This document shows, piece after piece, positions 26,401 through 34,309 of a stretch of DNA of 38,198 bases. The translations under genes were made by a program, and so were the position numbers. Below the pieces are notes generated by a model. That model was not told the origin of the DNA. It searched no databases and saw only the letters and a program-made list of their open reading frames with translations. Source of the stretch: a virus; the IMG/VR virus record IMGVR_UViG_3300011335_000546; one strand, written 5' to 3'. The stretch's first letter is position 1. Every line of letters starts with the position of its first letter.

Positions 26401-28628
26401 AAAGCAATTTGAATACCATTTTTAATTGGACCAACGGCAGATAAATCACCAGTTGCTGAAGCTTGAATTTTATTAAACTTACGAGCAGCACCATAGTTTT
26501 TAACTAATGCACCATTAGCATACATTAAGAACATAAAGCCTTCATCAATTGCAGTACGAATACCCAACTGAGGAACAAGAGTAAGAGTTGTCCACAAATC
26601 TGTAGCAATACCAGTAACTCTATGATTATATGCTCCACCAATTACTTGTGGAATGTATTCAATTAGTTTCTTGTCACCTCTATTGAGTGATCTACTAGCA
26701 GCAAATTCAGAGATTGCTCGCCAGTCTGGTGCAGTTACATAATTCTGAAACTGGCTAGCATGTAAAGGACCAGTTGCAGCAATTGATCTACCCTGAGCAA
26801 GACCAAAGCTTTCAGGTATTGGTGCATCATCTAATACTTCCCAAGTTTTTTTATTACCAAAATGAGCATCAAGAGCTTTCTGAATAAACTCTTCTCCACC
26901 ATCCATGCCATGAATACCAGCACGACGCATGTTTAATTCAAAGATAGAACGATGCATTGCAAATCGGTCAGCTTGACTGGATCTCAAGAAATCCATAGTA
27001 GCAACTTCAGCTAGATCGCGACGACCAAATGCAAGAAATGCTTGCTTACGAAATACATCAGCAGTTTTAGATACGTTTGCATCATCATGATAAACAATAG
27101 AACGACCAGGATGCAACTGTACTTGTTGTTGAATAAATTTTTGTAAAAAGTTTTGTTGTTTCTGTGCTTTGATTTCAACACCAGTTACATTATCACTTAA
27201 AAGTTTTGGTCGAAGATCTGCATATTCAATTGGAGTTTCGTTGTAATCTACTTTGCCAGTAAAAAATTCGCGAGTACGCTCTTTTACTTTCATCGTAAAT
27301 TCTCTAGAAGACTTTACGTGATCTGCTCCATTAATTGCATAAGTTTTATCCACTGTGCGACCACGAACAAATTTAGTAAATGCTCCAGTTTCATCGCCAG
27401 TAAATTGACGAACAAGACTTGGAAGATCTGTTACACCTAGTTCTGACCAGAATTCAATTTCTTCTTCAGTGCCATGAGCAGGAGATGCTTTTTGAATATC
27501 TTGAATAGCTTTATTCATTGCAGCTGGATCATTAAGTTCTTTGGCTTTTGTGTACTCGCCAATACCTTTAGTGTATCTATCAAATACTGGAGCAACATCA
27601 GGACGTGCAAGATACATAGGTACATCATCGCCAGTCTTAATTAAAGCAGCAAGTTTTTCAGCCTTACTTGCTCCCTTAGCAATAGTAGAAGTACCAAGAG
27701 TTAAATAAGTTAGTGGATCTGCAAAGATTTGATAAGCTAAATCAATAGCACCAGTACCAAATGAAAACAATTTAGGATTATCTTCTGCTTTAATGCCAAG
27801 AGTATTGTTTAAAAATCTACCAATGTTTCTACCTGGAGATAGCCGCGCTCTAGAAAATTCATCAACCATTACACCAAAGGCTTCTGGTTCATTAAACATA
27901 GAGTTAATTGCAGTTAAGATAGCAGTATCGTTGGGACCCCAAGCATCAATAATTTCTCCTGGAGTATCACCAGCAAGAACGTGCATAGCTACAAAGCTTT
28001 CAGCTCCGCCATATTTATTAACTAATTCATCTGATACTGATTCATCATAAAGATATTTACCATCAAAAGATTTATCAAAGTTAGCACGAGTCCAGAATGA
28101 CTCACGGTTAATAATTGAATTCTGAGCCATGTTGCCAATGGTATTAAATGCTTTACCGTATTGCGCTCCAGCTTCCATAAGAAAACGAAACGGACTTTTA
28201 ATTACATCGCCAACAGACAAACCATCATCAAGACCTAAAACTTTTCTAAACGTTTCATTCTGAATAATTGCACCATTGTCTGGTTTATTTGCATAGTCAA
28301 TTTTATAATAAGTTTTTAGTACTTCTTGCATTCCAGGTTCAAGTTTATTAAATTCTTGTCCTGCTTGACTACCACGCATACGCATAAGTTTTTCATGCGT
28401 AGTTTTAATACCTGACCAGTTTTCAATTAAGTTTTTTTCTTCACGAGTTAAAGCCGTACGTGCACCTGCAGCGTAAAGAGCAGGGCTAACATTTGCAACG
28501 TTTGCATCTAACTTGCGAATAGCAGCACTAGAAGGATCATTTGGAGTATTAACAAAAGGAGTGGCTAACTCTGGAGTGTATGCTGCAAAGCTTGGCGAAG
28601 CTCCAGCAAATTCAGGTTGGACTGTCAC
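23460..28628 (-). CDS. Giant protein (1722 aa) of unknown function in the head/virion module
   Basis: Uninterrupted 5.2-kb ORF (13.6 percent of the genome). Its ATG overlaps the upstream stop by 1 nt. No catalytic motif recognised by eye. Confidence 0.8.
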   Translation of the reverse strand: MTVQPEFAGASPSFAAYTPELATPFVNTPNDPSSAAIRKLDANVANVSPALYAAGARTALTREEKNLIENWSGIKTTHEKLMRMRGSQAGQEFNKLEPGMQEVLKTYYKIDYANKPDNGAIIQNETFRKVLGLDDGLSVGDVIKSPFRFLMEAGAQYGKAFNTIGNMAQNSIINRESFWTRANFDKSFDGKYLYDESVSDELVNKYGGAESFVAMHVLAGDTPGEIIDAWGPNDTAILTAINSMFNEPEAFGVMVDEFSRARLSPGRNIGRFLNNTLGIKAEDNPKLFSFGTGAIDLAYQIFADPLTYLTLGTSTIAKGASKAEKLAALIKTGDDVPMYLARPDVAPVFDRYTKGIGEYTKAKELNDPAAMNKAIQDIQKASPAHGTEEEIEFWSELGVTDLPSLVRQFTGDETGAFTKFVRGRTVDKTYAINGADHVKSSREFTMKVKERTREFFTGKVDYNETPIEYADLRPKLLSDNVTGVEIKAQKQQNFLQKFIQQQVQLHPGRSIVYHDDANVSKTADVFRKQAFLAFGRRDLAEVATMDFLRSSQADRFAMHRSIFELNMRRAGIHGMDGGEEFIQKALDAHFGNKKTWEVLDDAPIPESFGLAQGRSIAATGPLHASQFQNYVTAPDWRAISEFAASRSLNRGDKKLIEYIPQVIGGAYNHRVTGIATDLWTTLTLVPQLGIRTAIDEGFMFLMYANGALVKNYGAARKFNKIQASATGDLSAVGPIKNGIQIALGKALGREFGAVRDINQEQRIAIRKGIEKQNKKKPQYEIDELVRARLVDIAIMRRGRKLDPVQKQWMRELIIDNPNVLRDVSSRNVNAAALGRADAMSTPVLLDKGQVDISMDALGVAPKGSIRAVDTRDMSDSDIDITMFDNFTRIFNDRGFTFETKYGEDRTFSFASVFLQHNGIFDADDFQKASRQLMSLFGFIKNGEGRYIIATGEADNVKTFMDSTRFFDSYKDLADDGDKMFEFVTAGLKDTYNAFHGGPLQYNPKLIKHFDDLRRGGVTDHRKSLRSLTFDDYRELTKGFKTEGRVMTDLDFDGVHTDLATWIREHGQDKAFDLMARQTDNIMRQPVVTMHYLAFREQYQAGEIKMANDLYNSRVKELEDQGKVLNDKALATIDKNSKQQAAKVFGNKAINDATQHVLKFSDNPAMQTVFAYNMRTVGRFYRAVEDFHRRMYRLTKDYPLQTIYRLRLMNQGFDAVGEVHTDPNGQAYVILPMDDVIYSAVDSTIRTLTGNTESMKQPLFNNITFNLTAGNPSFQTDAGMPYLSGPMASLSILASKALLGKFDPTKNLAEDLDNTLMGSLGDNVTLYNAVTPKFARNIWSMLSTDEKSTQEVSALTQAISYNQANGYGVNPKDPKYIMSDGTIDTALFEADKMEYLKNTRISAHNIVVTRALLGMVLPMSVQLKGNKDLPEYMLDSGVVSMQETFYDVLDEIKNKYPDANDPYEMALATWMGDNPGKIAYLVSKKSKEIQPILKFSTDMQNWTIKNQEDVDQYGAGALLFAPGNGDFSPGVWQWATAAGIAQNVDIDAYFNRVIMQEHVNAYYDLGDKEAAELKPLPFSFVAERRAVVEKYQQQRALIKMQVPGLEQHMASGLDNTAAYEFANNAYNYAMSPNADIPQDLKLKIAQAYDIYSRFMKQAAYIDSLEAANGSDLKRDEKAAAEAAIKELIRSDNTKTIEQYYNYGLSKLMNAKSRDGRAGVNRNG

Positions 28629-29029
28629 TAAAAGATACCCTTGCTTTGCATCTCTCGCAATATCATTTCTACTTCACCTGATGGATCACTTTGAGATAGC
28701 CGAGTAAGAATTTGCGTAGGATTAAATGTTCGTGCTGGAAGATTCAAGGACTCTGGACCAGGACCCTCACCCATTGGGTTACCAGCAGTAACTGGTTCAT
28801 TTGGATTTTGAGTTGGATCAAATAATCCAGCAACAGGAGGTGGAGTTGGAACTGGTTGTGCTTTAGCCATTGGAGCACCAGACATAATTTCTTGAGTAGC
28901 TTTGCGATCACCGTAAACGTTAGGATCACTATTAACCATATCAGTACGTTGAGATAGAGCACCTGGACCTGATACTGGTTTAGGTTGACTATTGGTACGA
29001 ACTGGTCGCTTACCGCCCTGCTGTGCCAT
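28628..29029 (-). CDS. Pro/Gly-rich, probably disordered protein (133 aa)
   Basis: PVPTPPPVAGLFDPTQNPNEPVTAGNPMGEGPGPES. Lies between the Ntn peptidase and the giant ORF. Confidence 0.55.
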   Translation of the reverse strand: MAQQGGKRPVRTNSQPKPVSGPGALSQRTDMVNSDPNVYGDRKATQEIMSGAPMAKAQPVPTPPPVAGLFDPTQNPNEPVTAGNPMGEGPGPESLNLPARTFNPTQILTRLSQSDPSGEVEMILREMQSKGIF

Positions 29030-29030
29030 G

Positions 29031-29546
29031 TCATTCTCCTCGTCTGATTATCTGGATCTTTCCTCCAGAATTAATATCAAGTTTAATTGCAATTTTCATT
29101 GCTTCTTCTACGGTTGCACCAGCATGTAATGCGCCAAGTGCCCAGTTACCACCAGTACCCATTGCGTACATTTTGCTATCAGTACGTAAAACTGAATAAT
29201 CTTCACAGATGTAAAACAATTTATTTTCTAGTCCAACTAGAAAGATTGCACCATCATCATCATCTTTAAGGACGTAACCTGTTTCTTCATGTACTTTACG
29301 CATTGCTGGTATAAATTTTGAAACCATAAACTTGTACAAGTTAGTACCATCATAAACTGGTGGATCCCAACCATAAGTTACTATATCGCAATAGCGACTA
29401 GTACCAGCACCGCATATAACATACTCGCCAACTTCAACTATCTTTGGTACTTCTTTGCTTATGTAAGCGCGTTCACCTTCAGTGGTCTGACTATCTGCAG
29501 CAAGAATAAAACCTTTTTTAGTTTCTACGCCTACTATTGTTGTCAT
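29031..29546 (-). CDS. HslV / proteasome beta-subunit-like Ntn threonine peptidase
   Basis: MTTIVGV N-terminus (Thr1 after Met removal), Asp17 (AADSQ), Lys34 (VPKIV) and YAMGTGGNWALGAL (the GSGG-equivalent loop). 171 aa. Its ATG overlaps the portal stop. Confidence 0.75.
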   Translation of the reverse strand: MTTIVGVETKKGFILAADSQTTEGERAYISKEVPKIVEVGEYVICGAGTSRYCDIVTYGWDPPVYDGTNLYKFMVSKFIPAMRKVHEETGYVLKDDDDGAIFLVGLENKLFYICEDYSVLRTDSKMYAMGTGGNWALGALHAGATVEEAMKIAIKLDINSGGKIQIIRRGE

Positions 29547-31288
29547 GCACCGCCACCGAGACGAGCTAAAATACTAGCCACATCTGGTGGTGGTCCTGCT
29601 GGTTGTCCTGCTTGTTGTTCTGGTCCAGGTGGCATAGGTGGTTGCATTCCTGGAGGAGCCATAGGTTGTTCTGGCATTCCTGGAGCTTCTTCTACTTCGG
29701 CTTCTTCTTTCTTAAAGATTTGCATAACGGCATCTTCAATAGAAGTGCCCCTTTTTTTCATGTCAATTACCGTAGCAATCTTTTCAATGATCTCTGAAGG
29801 ATCTGCTCCATTAGAAGCCATCTGGGGAATTGCTTGAGTTAATGCTCCAATAGAACCAGACAGAGCATCTCGCATTCGCTCAATGTCAATGCGATCCTTT
29901 TCAAGACCAACGTTCATGCTCCAAGGTAACTCACTCATTACAAATTCACGAGATAGCAATCCAGCCTGCAAAGCTTGAAGCGAGAAAATAAGGGCACGGG
30001 ATGGATCAAGTCCAGCCATAACACCGTAGCGAACCTGAATGCTGTAATCATTCTTAATATCTTTAGAAGGCTTGTAACTAATTTCGTATGGCGCACCTTG
30101 ATAGATGCCAGCCATTGTCTTATCTTCGTCAAACAAAGTCTGATCGACATGGAAACAAAGTTCCATAACCTTCTTAAAGGTTTCAGCAAGGATTTGCTGT
30201 CCAGCCTTTATTTGCGAATCAAAGCCGCCAAGAAGTGCTTGAACTCCAGAACCTGTAATAATAGACGCATCAATATTTCCTGATCTTCCTTCAGGGTAGC
30301 GAGCACCCATACGCATTTCTTGCTCTAGCAACTGCTGTTCAGTAAATGCACCAGTAGGTAACTCAAGGGCTACACGGCGTACACCAGCAGGATTGTTTGT
30401 GCGAATAACTGAGTCAGGACCAAAGGCAAATTCAGATACGTCATTAGGTAGAACTAGTGGAGCTTGTACAGATTTTTCTGCAGCTTCCATAGCCAGCAAG
30501 CTAAAGCGAGCACGAGCAATCTGTGCCCACAGTACGTCATCAAACTGACCACGTGGGTCATCTAGATCAAGTCCAGGACGACGTGCAACTATAACCGAAA
30601 GCATTCCAATTGGATTCTTAGCCTTACGAAGAACTAAATTGCCACGTTGAGGTAAGAAAAGAACTACCTGATCAGGATCTTCATAGCGCATTAGTTCCAT
30701 TGCACTGTCGTAGTCAGTCAGTTCCCGACCAAGATTTCCAATAATTAAGTTTTCATACTCAGGAAAATCAACGATTAGTTCACGAATTGTTTTCATGTAC
30801 TTTTTTGTAAATGATATACAGCGACCAAAACGATCAAACTCTGGATAAGAACCCATTGGATTCTCAATGCGGATATGTGGCATCTTTTCGTCAAAGTTAG
30901 CATCAACAAAGATTGGAAGGAAACCATAGGTCAAGTACCAGTCAGCACCTGTGTACATCTGAGTCTGAAGGCTAGAAAATTCAACGTAGTTGTTAGCAAT
31001 AATGGTTCGCTTGTCAGAGAACTTCTTTGCCTTATCCGAGTTAATACTTGGAGTTGAGCAGTTAAAAGAAGGAAGTGGCGCAAGAACTTCAGCAATGTCA
31101 CGAGCAGCAACGTCAACAAAGTTGGCAATCATTGGCTTGGACATGCCCTCTGGGAACATATCTGGATACACGGATTCCATGTTGCCACGACGTACAGCAG
31201 TAATATCTACCATACGTTGATCACGTGCACCATAGCGACGTGTAAGAGCTAATACCTTATTGGTAATCTGCTCGCTTGATAATGCCAT
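29543..31288 (-). CDS. Portal protein
   Basis: 581 aa directly after the terminase gene. Size and synteny fit. C-terminal Pro/Gly/Gln-rich tail (PGMPEQPMAPPGMQPPMPPGPEQQAGQPAGPPP). Confidence 0.7.
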   Translation of the reverse strand: MALSSEQITNKVLALTRRYGARDQRMVDITAVRRGNMESVYPDMFPEGMSKPMIANFVDVAARDIAEVLAPLPSFNCSTPSINSDKAKKFSDKRTIIANNYVEFSSLQTQMYTGADWYLTYGFLPIFVDANFDEKMPHIRIENPMGSYPEFDRFGRCISFTKKYMKTIRELIVDFPEYENLIIGNLGRELTDYDSAMELMRYEDPDQVVLFLPQRGNLVLRKAKNPIGMLSVIVARRPGLDLDDPRGQFDDVLWAQIARARFSLLAMEAAEKSVQAPLVLPNDVSEFAFGPDSVIRTNNPAGVRRVALELPTGAFTEQQLLEQEMRMGARYPEGRSGNIDASIITGSGVQALLGGFDSQIKAGQQILAETFKKVMELCFHVDQTLFDEDKTMAGIYQGAPYEISYKPSKDIKNDYSIQVRYGVMAGLDPSRALIFSLQALQAGLLSREFVMSELPWSMNVGLEKDRIDIERMRDALSGSIGALTQAIPQMASNGADPSEIIEKIATVIDMKKRGTSIEDAVMQIFKKEEAEVEEAPGMPEQPMAPPGMQPPMPPGPEQQAGQPAGPPPDVASILARLGGGA

Positions 31289-31296
31289 TTAATTTC

Positions 31297-33189
31297 CTAG
31301 TATAGAGCTGACAATGATTCCATCGCCATCTCATCAAGGTTAATAACACCTTGCATAGCAACGTTTCTTCTTGTTGCCCACTTGTTATTGGCGTGAGCCG
31401 TTCTGAAATTACTTTGTTGAATTAGTTCTTTTGCCCTGATCTCACAGAACCACAGTGCCATAACGCAGTCAGTTGGTCCTCTAGTATCAGCCTTCCAAGT
31501 AATTAACTGGTTAACTAAAGCCTTAACGTGTTCATTGGAGTTATCAGGAATCTCCATAAGGTTATCCTTACTGAACTTTCCATCTCGCATACTGCCAAAC
31601 AATGAGGACATCGCAGCTACACCGTAGTTAACATCCCACTTATTCTTGCTGGTGAAGTGTTCGCGTAGCGCAGTACCACGACTTGCAAGCCACATACGCA
31701 GCTCAGAGTCAAGGGCAAAAGCTTTCTGATAAGCATTGATCTCAATGCGAAGCTCTTGGGGCTGGTACTCTACCACCCATTCTTTGATTAAACTATCAAT
31801 CTTCTGTGGCGTAGATTCAGCCATGTTGTAAACATCAAGCACATATCGCTTATGCGTATCTCGGTTAACTGCAAGCACAACCATAGCGGTCTTGCCTGAG
31901 ATTGCGGGATCAAGCCCCATAATAACAAACCAAGAACCTGCAGCGTTAGGGTGTCCTGGCGCATTAAAGTTCAGCTTGCCCACTTTACGCATACGGTTAA
32001 TCGAACCGTTAACAATGGGTAGGGGAAAGATTGCGTCTTCTTCGACATCTTGCTGTTGATAAACAAGTGCCCACGTGGAGGGACTGACTTCGCTACGGCG
32101 ATCAAACAGACGCTTACCGTCCCACTTTACAAAGTGCCCGTTTTCATCGGGTGTAAGCAACTCTGGATCATCAAACTCGTCAGCCCCATCCAGCGGTCTA
32201 TCAGACCTAGCCCAAAGCGTTTTCCACTTTGCTGGCTTATCGTCAAACTCAAGTACGGCTGGCATGGCTAGGTATGTGAAAGGCGACCTGCCACCAGTCC
32301 AGTGTTCTGGATTTCTTATTTCTTTATATAGATCTATAGAGGAAACTCTAGTCCCTGCAATCAGGAGCGTCCCAGTCGAACCCACACGGGTAACGACCAT
32401 CTTCTGCAACCAGTTGAGTTGCTTCTCCCATTCGTGCGCGTTTGTCGTTGAGACAATATCGTCCATGATGATTAGATCCGCACGAGTACCGTAAATCTGC
32501 TGTCCAATACCAAGAGCTTGAACCGTCGGGTCCTTCTCCCCTGACTCTCTTTCGAGATAGATTCTGTCTGCAGTCCATTGGTCTGATGTCTCCTTGTAGC
32601 CCCCTGAGGGACCGTAGACCTGTTGCATCTTGAGCCACGGCTCTTCAGTCATGCGCTGCTTTAGGGAGTACAAGAATTCCTTGGCGCGGGTCTGAGTCTG
32701 AGATATGAGCACAATGCGAATATTGGGGTTCATGGCAATTTTGTACATTGCGTAGTTAACCGTCATTGTGGTTGATTTGGCATGCTCAGGTGGAACGTTG
32801 ATCAAGAGCCTACGTCGGCTACCTGGCTCGTAGGTCATGGAAGGGTGTTGCCACGTCGGGTCGTGACCCTCAAGAACGTCAATCCAGTTTTGCTGATGAG
32901 GGAATACCTCGGTGTTCAGGAACTCTCTGGAGAACGTGGCAAAATCAATTTTATGTTTATTCTCGCCTAGTGATGCGGCGATGGCATCGGATCCAAAATT
33001 GGTGGCTTCCTCAACCTGCGCGGCGAATTCCCCATCTAGGAGCCAAGATCGGAGGGAGGTCTTTTTCTTCCCCACGGCAGCAAGAGCGGAATCCATATCA
33101 ATGCCCTGCTTAAGAAAAGAAATAAACTTTCTCTGATCTTCAACTTGCCGAAGTCTGGTGTGATGTAGTTCTCCAGCTTTAGCAGCCAT
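31297..33189 (-). CDS. terL: Terminase large subunit with N-terminal HTH extension
   Basis: Walker A-like PPEHAKSTT, Walker B LIIMDDIV, LLIAGTRV coupling motif and C-terminal nuclease region starting VIMGLDPA. The first ~70 aa (FLKQGIDMDSALAAVGKKKTSLRSWLLDGEFAAQVEEA) look like a small-terminase-type HTH. Confidence 0.85.
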   Translation of the reverse strand: MAAKAGELHHTRLRQVEDQRKFISFLKQGIDMDSALAAVGKKKTSLRSWLLDGEFAAQVEEATNFGSDAIAASLGENKHKIDFATFSREFLNTEVFPHQQNWIDVLEGHDPTWQHPSMTYEPGSRRRLLINVPPEHAKSTTMTVNYAMYKIAMNPNIRIVLISQTQTRAKEFLYSLKQRMTEEPWLKMQQVYGPSGGYKETSDQWTADRIYLERESGEKDPTVQALGIGQQIYGTRADLIIMDDIVSTTNAHEWEKQLNWLQKMVVTRVGSTGTLLIAGTRVSSIDLYKEIRNPEHWTGGRSPFTYLAMPAVLEFDDKPAKWKTLWARSDRPLDGADEFDDPELLTPDENGHFVKWDGKRLFDRRSEVSPSTWALVYQQQDVEEDAIFPLPIVNGSINRMRKVGKLNFNAPGHPNAAGSWFVIMGLDPAISGKTAMVVLAVNRDTHKRYVLDVYNMAESTPQKIDSLIKEWVVEYQPQELRIEINAYQKAFALDSELRMWLASRGTALREHFTSKNKWDVNYGVAAMSSLFGSMRDGKFSKDNLMEIPDNSNEHVKALVNQLITWKADTRGPTDCVMALWFCEIRAKELIQQSNFRTAHANNKWATRRNVAMQGVINLDEMAMESLSALY

Positions 33190-33211
33190 AATAAACCTAA
33201 TAATCCTATAG

Positions 33212-33234
33212 TAGTAATACTAGTAGTATTACTA
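33212..33234. repeat. Perfect 11-bp-arm palindrome TAGTAATACTA-G-TAGTATTACTA
   Basis: Read directly. Lies 23 nt upstream of the terL ATG. Confidence 0.9.
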
Positions 33235-33241
33235 GTAGTAG

Positions 33242-33263
33242 CGAACCCTCGTAGAAGGGTTCG
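33242..33263. promoter_or_regulatory. GC-rich hairpin CGAACCCT/AGGGTTCG in the terL leader
   Basis: 8-bp perfect stem with a 6-nt loop. Confidence 0.6.
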
Positions 33264-33368
33264 TAGTAATAGGCAAGCCATAAGGCAAGCTTGCTTTACT
33301 TATAACCTCTACTAATACTAACCCTGTTACAGAACACTTGTAACGCTTTGTTACCAAATTGTTATCTA

Positions 33369-33397
33369 ATTATCATAGATTGTTATAAACCAAACAA
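33369..33397 (-). promoter_or_regulatory. Candidate sigma-70-type promoter for the late unit
   Basis: On the - strand: TTGTTT, 17 nt, GATAAT. A weak match, one of several possible. Confidence 0.25.
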
Positions 33398-33514
33398 ATA
33401 ACTAATACTAGGTCCAAACAACTAACTATAAATTATAGCTGACTCTACAGTATTACTTTCCTGACTGCTTAAACACTGCGGGTCAAGGACTGACTGTTTC
33501 GCCCTTCGGGCTCA

Positions 33515-33534
33515 AGCAGTTGCAAGCAACTGCT
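33515..33534. repeat. Palindrome AGCAGTTGC-AA-GCAACTGCT flanked by two TCGCC(C)TTCGG(G)CTC mini-hairpins
   Basis: 9-bp arms. The flanking copies are at 33499-33513 and 33538-33550. Confidence 0.85.
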
Positions 33535-33757
33535 GTCTCGCCTTCGGCTCGTAGAAGACCCCCTAGAGGGGTAGTCAGAAGAGGGTATATACATGTCTTT
33601 AACTTACAGTTTAGTTTAAAGCAAAGACCTAGACTGTTCGGCTTACAGACTGTCTCATACAGACTTGTGCCCTACTGCCCTACGCAGCAAGCTGCTTCGG
33701 GATAAACGCAATGCTGTAATTTTTGAGATAGATGTGCTATCAGAATTGGAGTTAGTT

Positions 33758-34051
33758 ATGTTCTACTTTATCAAGTCCGAAAACTTAGGCTGGTCTGACC
33801 GTTCCTACCGCACGTACGAAGAAGCTCTTGAGTCTGCTAGATCCGCTTGGAGAATGAACCCCGCCCGTGTTGGTATGTGTGTCATTGCCCGCCGTCTACT
33901 TGAACCCTGCTCAGACGAGTGTGGCTTCTGCCAAGACGTACACTTCTTCCCCGAAGAATTCGATCCCTGCCCTCTATGCTCACGCGTTGACGACTGTGGA
34001 CACGACCGCTACGAAATGAACGCCGTCTACCTAGACGCAATATCTGTATAA
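33758..34051 (+). CDS. First early protein (97 aa), Cys-rich C-terminus
   Basis: GGAG lies 6 nt before ATG 33758 (MFYFIKSENLGW...). Contains CSDECGFC...CPLCSRVDDCGH. The ORF-track start at 33665 lies in the repeat region. Confidence 0.6.
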   Translation: MFYFIKSENLGWSDRSYRTYEEALESARSAWRMNPARVGMCVIARRLLEPCSDECGFCQDVHFFPEEFDPCPLCSRVDDCGHDRYEMNAVYLDAISV

Positions 34052-34089
34052 CAAGCGAACGGAGGATCGGGAGATACCTGATTACGCTT

Positions 34090-34121
34090 GGGGAGTCGGA
34101 GCAACAACGCCTCGACTCCCT
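34090..34121 (+). promoter_or_regulatory. Intergenic stem-loop
   Basis: GGGAGTCG (34091-34098) pairs with CGACTCCC (34113-34120). Confidence 0.55.
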
Positions 34122-34154
34122 CTCCAACCAACCGCTCTAGAAAGGAGCACAGCA

Positions 34155-34307
34155 ATGCATACAGAAATCCAAGGTCCTTACGATGACTACGCCTGTAAGG
34201 AATGTACTGCGGATCTACAAGAAGATCTGCGCTCAAACAATATCGAACTACCAGACTTCGACGTACCCTACGTTGAATACCCCTGCCCAACAGTAAAAGG
34301 AGAATAA
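34155..34307 (+). CDS. Small CxxC / YPCPT-motif protein (50 aa), paralogue of 3541..3765
   Basis: Hand translation MHTEIQGPYDDYACKECTADLQEDLRSNNIELPDFDVPYVEYPCPTVKGE. AAAGGAG lies 7 nt upstream. Confidence 0.6.
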   Translation: MHTEIQGPYDDYACKECTADLQEDLRSNNIELPDFDVPYVEYPCPTVKGE

Positions 34308-34309
34308 CA

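Larger units (their letters stand above)
33190..33757. promoter_or_regulatory. Divergent control region (late unit leftward, early unit rightward) with dense palindromes and repeats
   Basis: 568 bp without a credible ORF. Elements are listed separately below and in the findings. Confidence 0.7.

Noticed and set aside
23460-28628. Virion RNA polymerase identity for the 1722-aa protein
   Set aside because: DLDFDGV and ADDGD resemble but do not satisfy the two-barrel D-x-D-G-D metal site. I found no R-x3-K-x7-YG motif of T7/N4-type polymerases. The presence of a sigma-like factor argues for use of host RNAP. The function is left unknown.
33248-33557. 10-mer CTCGTAGAAG occurring twice exactly 300 nt apart in the control region
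   Set aside because: The chance expectation for a 10-mer repeat within ~570 bp is roughly 0.15, which is not compelling on its own. No further periodicity is linked to it.
33036-33705. ORF-track entries 33036..33281 (-) and 33520..33705 (+) in the control region
   Set aside because: They are built from the palindromes and hairpins themselves, lack Shine-Dalgarno sequences, and the first overlaps the terL start. They are more plausibly non-coding regulatory DNA.
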